From contig JAQGDQ010000215.1 of assembly GCA_030141605.1 (NCBI GenBank), positions 248,001 to 312,000 of the forward strand: a stretch of DNA of 64,000 bases. The letters run 5' to 3'. Shown in pieces: positions 35,478 through 47,584 of the stretch. The notes under the pieces were generated by a model. It searched no databases, had not been told where the DNA came from, and saw only the letters and a program-made list of their open reading frames with translations. Position 1 is the stretch's first letter; each line of letters starts with the position of its first letter. This DNA is from Tubiluchus corallicola. Taxonomy: Eukaryota; Animalia; Priapulida. The translations under genes and the position numbers were made by a program.

Positions 35478-38090
35478 ATAATATTATGACCATTTATTTG
35501 CTGTAAACAAAATAATATTAAGAAGCAATGGAGTACGATTAACAGCTTACTAAAAATTAAAAGTAAAGCACAAGTTGCCCCTTCCTCTGTAGATAACAAT
35601 GGTCATACCACAAGTGACTACCACTCTATTGCTAATGCATTTAATAAATTCTTTTAGTCTGTAGGTAGTAATATGGCCAATAAAATTCCATCCATTTCGA
35701 AAACATACCAATCATTCTTAAATGCTCCAAATGATAAATCTGTCTTCTTTTACCTTATCTCTGAATTTGAAACATTGTTGTCTCTTAATAAACTTAACAA
35801 AAATAAATCACCTGGCCCAAAAATGTCCCAGTTAAATTCTACAAATTAGCAACTAATTTAATTGTCCCAGTTCTTTCTCGATTATTCAATATGGCAGTTT
35901 CTGAAGGAACCTTTCCTAAATGTCTAAAAGTAGCTAAAGTAAAACAACTTTATAAAGAAAATTCGCCAACCAACCTATCAAATTATCGTCCAATTTCTCT
36001 CCTGTCACCAGTTTCCAAAATTTTTGAAAATATTACTTGTAATCGCATTAACAATTTTCTCACTTCATGTAATATACTAATGAAATTTCAATTTGGTTTT
36101 TGCAAAACTTACTCCACTTCATTAGCTACTTCCGAATTTGTTGAAAATATGCTTCTAAATTTAGACAAAAAGTTTTCACTTGTGCAATATTCTTCGATTT
36201 ATCTAAAGCTTTTGAGATCACAGTTCAGCATGATATTCTACTACATAAATTACATTATTATGGCATCAGAGGCCCTGTCTTGGAACTCCTTAAATCGTAC
36301 TTAACTAACCAACAACAGTTCACCACTATTAACAATACATGCTCTGATTTGCTAGACATAAACTGTGGTGTACCTCAAAGATGAACTTTTGGGCCGCTGC
36401 TTTCCTGATCTATATCAACGACCTACCTCTTGCTACTAATTTTACACTCGTCTTTTCGCTGATGACACAAGTCTCTTCCTCACATCTACTAACTATTCAA
36501 CTTTACAACATCGCACTAACAATGAACTAAAAAAGATTGATGACTGGATGAAAGCAAATAAATTATCTGTTAATTACACTAAAACTATGTATATGTTAAT
36601 CATTAGGAACCTTTCACAACAAGACTTCCATTCTGAACTCAAAATTGGCGACACAACTAACAGAAAGTAATAGTATAAAATACCTTGGCTTGCATATTGA
36701 CAACAATATGAAGTGGACTACGCACATTTCCTCTACAGCAACAAAATTAAGCAAAACAGCTGGTATTTTTGCAAAGTTAAGACATTTTGTTAATTTGCCT
36801 ATTTTGAAAATGATCTACCATGCATTAGTCTATCCTTTCCTCCAATACTGTGTGTTGTCTTGGTGGCAAACAAAAAATACTTATTACAACCACTATTAAC
36901 AGTTCAGAATGAAATAGTTAAATACATGACTTTCGCCAATTACAGAGACCACGCCACACCATCGTACATACACCTTAGTTTATTGAAAGTAGAAGATATT
37001 TATAATCTTGAATTATTTAAATTCATGTATAAGTATAATAACTGGCAGTTGCCTGAATTATATACTAACTACTTTACCTTATACAAAGATGTTCACTTTC
37101 GCTATACTAGGTCTTCCAGTAAGGGACACTATTTTCAAACACGATTTAACACAGCGTATGGCTTAAATACCTTACAGCACAATGGAGTTATTTTGTGGAA
37201 TAGTATACCCAATTCAATCATTTCCCCTCCTTCTTTAAAAATAGCTACCAAACAATATAAGATATTTTTACTTAGTAAATATACAATGCACTAATGTTTT
37301 TCTTTTACTAATAGGTATCTTTATGACCTTTGTTACTTTATTAATAAAAGGTATATATCAATTAAAATGAAATTATTCATTCATCGCAACCTATATCTGT
37401 ATCTGTTTCCACTTGCAAAAAGCTCTTAGCTTATAACCAGCAAAAACCAGTGATACAAACATTTTTTGAATGTATTATTGTACCATTAATTTTGTGAACG
37501 AATCACTAAGATTCATATAATTTGCCTTCCCCCCTCTCCCTGACCATAGCACATTTTAAAGGTTATGATCGCTACATTACTACCATCAATTATATTGAAA
37601 TGTTCTATACAATTATAGTTATTACTATAAGTATAATGTATAATTTAATCTCTTCTCCCCCACTTAAATTTGACTATATATATGTGTATATATATATATC
37701 ATTGTATACACAAGTAAGCAATATGGTGCTTTGCAATACAAGTGGTACATTGACAGATAATCACATAATTCATATTCATAACTATTTTAAAAAAATTCAC
37801 TCTTTAAGGCTCACTCAAAATCATAATTACATATTATGTTTTCCTTTCTTAACTTTCAAGTTTATTGCTCTTATACCATTGCTATTACTACATCATTTAC
37901 GTCGTCCTTATTTACATTAAGTTATCTACAGAAGCATGCATAACTATAATCATTTTTTCATTTAAGTAAGATGAATGTGCAAATGACCGTATGGTCGTAC
38001 ACTCACCTCGCACTACTCAAATTATTTTATTTAAAGTTCGTAATGTGTTTGATATTGTACTTTTATGTGTGAAAATAAATTCATAGTTCA
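35478..38090 (+). mobile_element. 5'-truncated, inactivated non-LTR retrotransposon (L2/Crack/CR1 group), RT region plus 3'UTR
   Basis: RT motifs NYRPISLLSPVSKIFE, QFGF, DLSKAF, YGIRG, CGVPQ, GPLLFLIYINDLP, LFADDT and KYLGLHID, spread over frameshifted pieces. Ends AATAAA-TTCATAGTTCA. TATAGT duplicated at 35472-35477 and 38091-38096. Absent from the equivalent site in A1 and A3. Confidence 0.93.
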
Positions 38091-39372
38091 TATAGTGATT
38101 GCAGTGCAGCATAGTTGTAGCGCTGTGTAGTAGATACTACCATAAGTGTGGTCTAAATCAAAGCTGACATTGATTTCTTAAAAAAATTGCCTCGTTCTGG
38201 TGGTTAAACGAGGAACAATTTTTTGTGGAGTTGCAAAGGTCGACTTAGTTTATACTTGACCAATTATTTTGAAGACGACATATTTTACACAAACCATAGC
38301 AGTTTGTCATTTTGCATCACTGTTTCACTGTGAATTGATCAAGTTTTATTTTTCTGTTGGTTACAGGTGACAAAAGTAATCCCATTTACCTGCTTCACAG
38401 AACATGATTTGAAAAACGACTGTGCTGGTTACGTACTACCGTCTTCTTAAAATGGATGTATAAAGATGATGGTACTGCTAAAACGCCGAGCGCCAAGCAA
38501 GAAGCAAGAAAGTCAATTTTCGATAATGATACAGCAGCATTGGATAAATGTTCAACAAAAGTTATATTTTCATAATTTTGTGGAAAAAGGAAAGGTGGGA
38601 GAGAAAACACAAAGAGTCAAAGGGTAGTAAGTTACGATATGGAAAGGAGGCGTTACATAAACTATTTCGGGCTCAAAATGTTCCTAAATCATGATCATAA
38701 TTCAATGAAACAGCCACTGACACCAATAGATCTGCACATCTCATGGTCATTCTAAGATACTGTTTAAATGTTGTGCAGGAATTGTAAAAGTTCATTTTTC
38801 TCACACCACATAGTGAACAAATGGAACAGTTGGCCAGAAAGGGAGATCAGTGCACAGAATTTAAATCTTCTCAAGAAGCCATTAAGGGCTTCACGGTAAT
38901 CATGCTTTAAGAAGCCAAAATTATCATGAAACATTGGAACTGCAGGTTTTTATACCATTGGGGTAAAATCTCACAAGTCGAAACTACATTCCTCAACTTT
39001 ACGTATTTTTATAGTCAAAATTTTTCGTTAAATTTTTGGGTAAAGGCTCCAATAGGCTCTGAATCTTTTGCTAGAATTTTTTTAGTGTTGAAAGTTCCAG
39101 TCTTGAGTCGAAATTGCCCTTCTGTGTGCGAACAGATGTAGATGGTCTTCTTTTAGGAAGCTGCTCACATGGAATATTATACGTGATTAATATTTTTGTC
39201 CTCACTGATACACACTGAAAGCTTTGTGTATCTAATTTATGAGTTTGTAAAAGAGGAATATTTATAAGAACGAAAAGTAATGGACTAAACTCTAGAGAAA
39301 ATATATTTGCACAAGTTATATAGTTTATTAAACAATAATTTACATGTTTATTAAATAAAACTTATATTTTAC

Positions 39373-39683
39373 AAAGATGCAGCAAAAGAAGAAGCAGGAG
39401 ACATTATTATTAATAAAGTAAGTTGAATACAAATTGCATTTGTACCATTTTTGATTAAATTTCATTGTATAATATTTGCATTCTGAGAATATAGCAGCTT
39501 TCTGGCTGGTAAAATTCAACTAGAACTTAAATATAGAATCTACACTTCTATTCCACTTATGTGGTTAGTTCATTGCTACACAGTTATTTGATTAACTTAC
39601 ATGTACTTGATTTAGTTTTTGTTGTAGAGCTCATACTTTCATGGATGCCATAAGCACATGTGAATGTGTACTCTTCTAACACA
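39373..39683 (+). pseudogene. Captured CRYM fragment (exon 6 end plus intron 6 start), copy 2
   Basis: Collinear with 11624-11932 and 31385-31691. Confidence 0.93.
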
Positions 39684-40292
39684 CGACACACCTTATTCAC
39701 ACCCTTGGCACGTCCAATTTACTGTCAAAGTTTCTCACTCAACATGCTGTGCAATTACGCCTGTAGAAAGTCCCATTGATCCATCGCAGAGAGCCTTGTG
39801 ATTCGTCTTTGAAGCAACCCAAGTGTGGACAATTTTTCTGGCAAAAGAATGGCTGAGTCACTGGATAGTTGGAGGTGTCATTCATGTCTCCTTTCGTCAG
39901 GAGATGAGGAATTAAAGTTTTCGGGCAAGCTAAAAAGAACGAATCTGCATCGCTGTCAGTAATGCTCACCATTTCTATCCATCTCTTTTCATATCCATCT
40001 TTTCATTTCTATCTCTGGGTAAAACTTGAGCAGGGAATGCAGGGAATCTTCCAAGAATTGGATCAACAACAATTTCTGGTTACTTCTAAAGATGGACGTA
40101 TTCAATTTGCACAATTCGCATATCCATCGCCATTTTTTTCATGACCTCCAAGAATAATGAGGTTGCCATTGGGAAATCCCCAGTTAAATTGTGGATTTCC
40201 GGCGGATATTCCAGCTCACAAATCACGAAATATCCGACGTTAGCATCCTTGTTAATGGTACACAGATCAAAGCTACTATGGTTGGCTAACAT
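39684..40292 (-). pseudogene. Decayed Polinton/adintovirus-type DNA polymerase B relic, copy 2
   Basis: VGYFVICELEYPPEIHNLTGDFPMA, DSDADSFF, DTSNYPVTQPFF..KN..HLGCFKDES and RAKGVNK, in order on the - strand. Disrupted. Confidence 0.82.
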
Positions 40293-40510
40293 CAGAAGTA
40301 AAATTGTATGACGTAAAATTTACACAGGGCATTCAACATGTCACACGTTGCTTGCATAGCAAACGAAACTCAGATACAAGCCTTGTGACGTCACGCTATT
40401 GTTACAACAAGCAAATCGGTTGAAGATGTAGGTGCTGCTGTGCAGCTGGTTGCCCATTTTCTAAGTGCCTAGCAGCTACACCACCTTTTGTCGCTTGCTT
40501 CTTCTCAAGG

Positions 40511-42199
40511 ATGTTGGGTAATCGCAGTACCTATGTAGTACTCGCTGGTTCTGCAACCTGGATAATTTTGAGAATTGCTTTAGTAGGAGGAATTCATTGG
40601 ATAGAGAAAAATGCTACAGCATGTAATAGCACTCGGAGATCTCCAGAATGTCCAATATGTCACTATCAGAACTATTACTTTAATTCGTCAGTTTGTGTAA
40701 TCGTGGTCAGAGGCCTTCTGAATAAGAAAATTGTTGAAAGTGTCTTCAATGCTTTGTCCAAAGACACCGTTTATATATGGGAAGTTTGGTACCTTGGCTA
40801 TAACACCCAGCTTCGCGTGTTAACAAGTGATATCTTTGCTAACCGAAATGCATATTTGGTTCGCAAGTTGGTCATATATTATTCAGAATTAACAGAGATT
40901 ACCGCCAACACTTTCATAATGTTCTCAGATGTGGATCACCTTAAATTGAGGACAAATCATCACTTGACACTTATCGATGACAATGCATTTATAGGTCTAC
41001 ATAAGCTAGAATTTCTGGAAATAGCTAATGCTAGAAGACTGAACTATCTTGGCAGCTTGGATCTTACAGACAGTCCAAAGTTAAATACAATACTAATTAG
41101 AGGAACTGGAGTAAGACATATGGAAGAACCAAAAATATCTGTTCCCTATGCTAATGTTAATATCACCATAATAAAAGGTATACTATTAGAATGATTTACT
41201 GAAATACTGCTTCTGAGATTTTGTGATACGTTCTTTATTATTGTTTCTGGGCTACAACATTAACTATGTCCAAAAGTTTAACACCTAATGTCAGCAAGCT
41301 TGATGGTCACACACCTGAAATTGTGGCTTAGACAATGAAGTAACAATGTTGTCAAATGTCAAGGGCATTAATTTTGCTAATTTTTTAATTATTACTCAAC
41401 TCCTGTTAGGGTTTGGCTTTTATCATTTTCTTACATGCAAATAATTTTACTTCCTAATTAAACCCAAAAAATGTTATTAATTAAATATGTACCACAAATG
41501 TTCAAGTTTTGGATTTCGAGAATAAATTTACTAAACAAAAAGGCATCACTATCTTAAGCAGCTTAACTGAAAACAATAATTGTCGATATCACAATTGTTT
41601 GTTCATTACTGCTGGCTTTTATACAAACAATGAAGTAATAATATGTAACTGGTAAAATATTTTATAAAATAATCACAATAGCTGGTAAGCACACCAGGTC
41701 AAAACATCGCAAAAATTTCTATCATTCATATCATTCATAAGTTTGTTGCTTTAATAAAAAAGGAAAAGAGGGAAAGCAAAGAAAAGCTCAATAACACATG
41801 AAAAGGAAAGGAAAAGCAGGAAGAGAGAAATACAAAAAAATGAAGAAAATAAAGAGGAATTAAAATGCCAAAAAGAGGCAAAAAAGGAAAAATAATTCTG
41901 ACATAAAGCACTTCACTAATTTATCGTGTTATTAATTTATTTTAGAATCACCATGGGGTCAGTACATTGACTGTGATTGCACCTGGTCTTGGCTGTTCGA
42001 TAATGACTGGAGAGGGATAAATGTTACATGTGACCCAGATGGACATGTTGATTACTCTACATGGTTTATGCGGTGTAAACCACCGGTGGATGCAGTTATT
42101 GACAACAATTCACAACTGAAATTAAATGATAGTACAGCCTTAGCTGTCCTTACGCAACTAGCAATTTTTTTATTTTACAAAATCTCTGCAGCACAATAA
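40511..42199 (+). CDS. LRR cell-surface protein, paralog 2 (306 aa), same architecture as paralog 1
   Basis: Exon 40511-41177 plus exon 41946-42199 join in frame. The ORF is intact despite many substitutions. C-terminus LAVLTQLAIFLFYKISAAQ*. Confidence 0.88.
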
Positions 42200-45100
42200 T
42201 TACTGCAGTATCAGATATAATTGTCATCATCATCACTTACCACAGAAAATTAACACAGAATCAATGTTATGCAGAAAGTGATTGGCAGGAAATGTTTTTC
42301 AAAATTAAGGTCCATCGTTAGTGCTATTGCCAATGTTACTCTAAAGGAACGTACTCAAATAACAGAGTAAACTTCTTAAATAGATTAAATTTCTTTATAC
42401 AAAATAAATCAACTTTGTAGCATTTTTTCCTTTGTGTTTTACTCTTCATACAATTTCTCTCTGAGGCTGTCAGCAGTGGCTGACTGGCCCACCAGAATAC
42501 TGTGAAGCTCCTTGGTGGGCCCCAAAGTAATGGATGATTAACTGCCATCGGTGTACTCTGAACATGCCTCGTCTTTTGATTTCAGTGAACATATGAGTAA
42601 TTATTTAACCTTCATCACCCCAGAGATTGCCTTTAGTACATCAAGCTATCAGCATTTTGCTAGGTGGCAGGCCTGTGTTAAGATAAGCTGACCACGATGT
42701 GACACTAAATTACACATACCATTGATAGCTGGTTGGCAGCAGCTGCATAATTTTCACATACCTCCAGGAAGTAAATCATTATTGACTAAATTCACTAGTA
42801 ATGATAGCTATTGCTAAACATATATGCACACGTTTCAGTTTTTAGTACACTTTGAAATCATTTTTAAAGTATGCTTTGAAAATTATTCGGATTAGTTGTT
42901 CTATTATTGAGATTTTCATTTTTATTATCAGATTAATATAATTTTCTAGTATTTGTCTTGTGCATGCATTAACATAAAAATCAATACAGCAATACTGAAT
43001 AGATGTAATATTTTAGTTATGCCAAAGACCTTTATTTTTATTCGATTGTTTTAAAAATGTTTTAGAATTAGGTGGTTTCTTTAGACAGAACCCTTTTCAA
43101 AGTTTTCCCAGCAGAAATTTAGTTCCAGTCCGCCACTAGCAGTCAGGACGGTTTCAGAACCAGGTTGTGCTTTCGGAAATATAAATAATAGTCACGTGAC
43201 CGGAATTTTGCTTAATTTGCAGCGATTTATTCTTTTATTGGGGACAACAGTAGAGTTGACTCTTTTGTGGAATGCTTGCGGAGTTCACATGCACTCTTAT
43301 GGGGAATGTTGCGTAGTAGAATCTTAGGATTCAAAAACACTTCGTTTTATAGTTTTGAGGAAAGGAGAATAGCTAAGATCGAAGTTAAGTAATCTCGAGG
43401 CTGGTAGGGGAATGAATGGATGGCCACCAGTTCAAAACTTTGTTATGTAATTTTCATTCGCTACACTATTTCTCAGTGTCTCATCTCCGAAGCATAGCTT
43501 TGAAAATGAACTTGATTCAGTGAGCACCGGAACTTTCCAGATCAAGTGAGCCCTGCCGTTGTCGCGTTGGTTGCAGAATATAACGTACCACGTTATGGTA
43601 TAGTGATTGCAGTGTAGCATAGTTGTAGCACTGTGTAGTAGATACTACCGTAAGTGTGGTCTAAATCAAAGCTGTCAAGCATATACTTAAAAAATTAGCC
43701 TCATTCTGGTGGTTAAACGAGGAACAATTTTTGTGGAGTTGCAAAGGTCGACTTAGTTTATACTTGACCAATTATTCTGAAGACGACATATTTTACACAA
43801 ACCATAGCAGTTCGTCATTTTGCATCACTGTGAATTGATCGCATTTTATTTTTCTGTTGGGTACAGGTGGCAAAAGTAATCCCATCTACCTGACTCACAG
43901 AACAAAATTTGAAAAACTACTGTGCTGGTTACGAACTACCGTCTTCTTAAATTGGCTGTGTAAAGATGTTGGTACTGCTAAAACGCCGAGCGCCAAACAA
44001 GAAGCAGGAAAGTCAATTTTCGATAATAATACAGCAGCATTGGATAAATGTTCAACAAAAGTTATATTTTCATAATTTGGTGGAAAAAGGAAAGGTGGGA
44101 GAAAAAACACAAAGGATCAAAACGTCAATGGCGAACAAGGGTAGTAAACCTAAGGGTACTAAGTTACGATATGGAAAGGTGGCGTTACGTAAATTATTTC
44201 GGGCTCAAAATGTTCCTAAATCATGATCATAATTCAATGAAACAGCCACTGACACTACTAGATCTGGACATCTTGCGGTCATTCTAAGAAACGTGAATGT
44301 TCATTGCAAGAATTGTAAGTTCCTTTTTCTCACACCGCGTAGTGAACAAGTGGAACATTTGGCCAGAAAAAGGTGATCAGTGCACCGAATGTAAATCTTT
44401 TCAAGAAGCCATTAAGGGCTTCACGGTAATCATGCTTTAAGAAGCCAAAATTATCATGAAACACTGCATCTGCAGGTTTTTTATACTTTACACATTTTTA
44501 TACTCAAAAATTTCCGTTAAGTTTTTGAGTAAAAACTCCAAAAACCTCTGAATCTTTTACTGGACTTTTTTAGCGTTGAAACTGCTGAAAGTTCCAATCT
44601 TGAATGGAAATTGCCCTTTTGTGTGCGAACAGATGTAGATGCTCCTCTTTTAGGAAGCTGCTCACATTGAATATTATACGTGATTAATATTTTTATCCTC
44701 ACTGATATACGCTGAAAGGTTTGTGTATCTAATTTATGAGTTTGTAAAAGACTGGCATATTTACAAAAACGAAAAGTAATGGCCTAAACTCTAGAGAAAA
44801 CATATTTGTACAAGTTATATATTTTATTAAACAATAATTTACATGTTTATTAAATAAAACTTATATTTTACAAATGCTGGGAGTTTCTCACATAAGGTTT
44901 TGCATAAAACTACCTGAGAACAACATTTTTAAACAAAATACTGGTTCAGGTAAGTGCCTATATTTGGCAAAATTTGTTTAATCAATGGTTTATAGTTTAA
45001 TACATTCGCAAAACAATAAATTATTTTGTTACTCAACATTTGAAATTAGTAAATACAATTTAAATATAACAGTTGCGAAATGCAGCATAAGAATTTTATG

Positions 45101-46382
45101 CCATATTAATTATGGTATTAATTTATGCCATAATTGCTAGGTAATGCCAGTTAATTACACTTGTGGTGATTCTGGTAAACATACAATTATCAACAGGTGA
45201 TTCAATACCAAATATTTGATTTGCAAGAAAGCAAGCAGGCGGCTTTTAAAGCCAATTCTAACTGAAAGTGAAAAATATCCCCTGGTGGGATTGTTCTAAG
45301 TAAAAACCATTTTCAATTCTTACAAACTATCAGATTAATCATAGACAAGCAGAACAAATAAAATTAGAAAACGACTTGCTTACAATAATCACTGAACATA
45401 ATTACACATAATCTTAGTAATTGTAAGATGTTAAATTGATAAGTATGATAATAAATTGTAATGACTGACGTGTGAAATTTTACACCATTATTCGTGCACA
45501 TGGAACAAAGTTTGCGTGTAACAATATTAATGCATGGTTCACACAGATGTCATTCCTCTTTATATTTGTGAAAAAGCTGTTCACATTCCTCTCATAGAAA
45601 AGTTCGACTTAAATCAGACAATAGAGAACTCTTTATACGCATGTAGCTAAAGGAAAATAACCAGAATTATTGTGAACTAACAAGCATTTTCACAGTTTAA
45701 TTGAGCGCAAGCGCAGTTGCTGTAGGTCAGAGGTTAAACGTACCACAGTAACCTGTTTGAATTACAACCGTCACATGACATGTGGGTGAAGCAAAGAAGT
45801 CTGACACATCAGTTCAGTAATGTTAATTGTTTTATGCAGACTATGCATTAGTCTGTGCGTGGAGTGATTTACTAACGCAGGATCTTGCTTGGGAACAAAA
45901 AAATGAACCAGATAAGGTTCTAGCTTTGACCTTTTCAGGATCATCATCAATCGCTAGAATTGTGAAAAGGCTAATTGAGCTTTACATTACTTTACAGGAA
46001 ACCACATTTTGACAAAACACTTATTTGGCTATAATTTCCATTGCTGTTGGGATTTTACTCCAGGTAACAGGCCAAATAAGCTCAGCTAATTTCATCTAAC
46101 CTATGGAGTAAATTTAAATGCAATAACAGAATTTCTGGAACAGAGTAGAAAAATTCTTAGGCATTGTGCACATGGAATTAATCATCTGTAAAAATTTGAG
46201 ACATAATAAATATGAAACCGGATACATCACAAGCAATATAATCCAATTAGACAAATGTACGCATCGAGTGATAATAGCTTACAAAACTAATTACCACGTG
46301 GTGTCACATTGTAGTGAAATAAATTGTCATATACCACAGACGACGGAATTATTTCAGTATTCACAGTGCACGCTTACTGGCT

Positions 46383-46437
46383 CAAGTTAAGCAATTTGGG
46401 GTTTGGTTAGTATTTGGATGGGTGGTGACCTTTAGGA
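46383..46437 (+). pseudogene. Degenerate 5S rRNA-derived fragment (internal promoter region)
   Basis: CAAGTTAAGCAA...GGTTAGTATTTGGATGGGTG..GACC corresponds to 5S box A through box C. Confidence 0.65.
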
Positions 46438-47584
46438 CAACTTATTCTGGATGATTTCACCGAGGCCATACTGTAGTTTTCTCATCACGTACATACATCT
46501 GTAGCTAAGCTGTGCCAGTTCACATATCACCATAAAATATTATTCTCGATAACTGTATTAGTTTCAAATGCCACAACAATCAGCACAGGGTCTGCTGCAA
46601 TGCTTGACAACTAGGTACCTTCTGAACAATATGAAAAAAACCTTCACTTAAAAAATAATTATTATAATACAGCCGTAATAATAATAATCAGAATATATTT
46701 TATCCTAGTCGAGCTACTGGCTAGAATCTCATACTGCAAGAATTTAAAACTATGCATAATCTGACTGACATTTAATGAAACTGGTCAAATGAAATGAATT
46801 TCTGCTACACGAGAAAAACGACACAAAGAAGCAGTTAATTTACAAAAATATTTGAAAAATTGTAGAAGCTTTTTAATACTTTGTTTTCATAGTACTGTCA
46901 CTGTTTGCACAGATCTTATTACAAAGAAAATATTTCAAATTGAGCCTTTAGTTAATAGTATTTAGGCAAATACGTCATGTGCTTAAAAATAATAACAATA
47001 CTGAGGTTTAATTCTCAGCTGTTTATTTCTTATTCTAAGCAAACTGTTGGTTTTTAGACATGACTATAACTTAATACTGCACAGACAGAAAACCAAATTC
47101 ACAACCCGTCACAGTAACTGAAAACCGGAATTCAGTGCAGTGGGCATGTTTGTCTTTGAGACAGTGTGTATACACATCTGAACATGGCTATGACAATTCT
47201 GCCAATTCATTACCACTGATACAGCTCGGCAACGAACCGTTTCTGGTCCTTAATGTAAAAGATAGCCTTGCCATTGAGTGATAGTAACAACTTGTAGTAT
47301 GTTAAACAGCACGAAAAACAAACAATTGCTATTTTGTTGGACTAGATCTCCATAATTTACTCACTTTATAGAAAAACAACACTAGATAAGTTTTGCAAAG
47401 TACCAAAACCAGGATCACGTAATCGCTGTACAGTGTACACATAGTTAATTATAACTTCTCTATAAACAATGTAACAGGCTTATATATAAAATCATATATA
47501 CACACAAGAAATGGATATTACATCGCTTTAACATGCTCATATGATATCTTAGATCTTCCAAATTACTTTTTAAATCATTAAGTT

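Larger units (their letters stand above)
29722..44874. repeat. Tandem segmental duplication A-X-A-X-A (A ~1.7 kb x3, X ~3.7 kb x2)
   Basis: A1 ~29722-31387, X1 ~31385-35051, A2 ~35052-39375 (LINE inserted), X2 ~39373-43151, A3 ~43152-44874. Long collinear identity is readable by eye. Sequence outside both ends is unique. Confidence 0.95.

Noticed and set aside
29722-44874. A blocks as LTRs of a retrotransposon, or X as an intact Polinton
   Set aside because: No TG..CA ends, PBS/PPT, gag/pol, TIRs, integrase or capsid. The PolB is a 0.6-kb deleted relic and the LRR gene has a spliceosomal intron.
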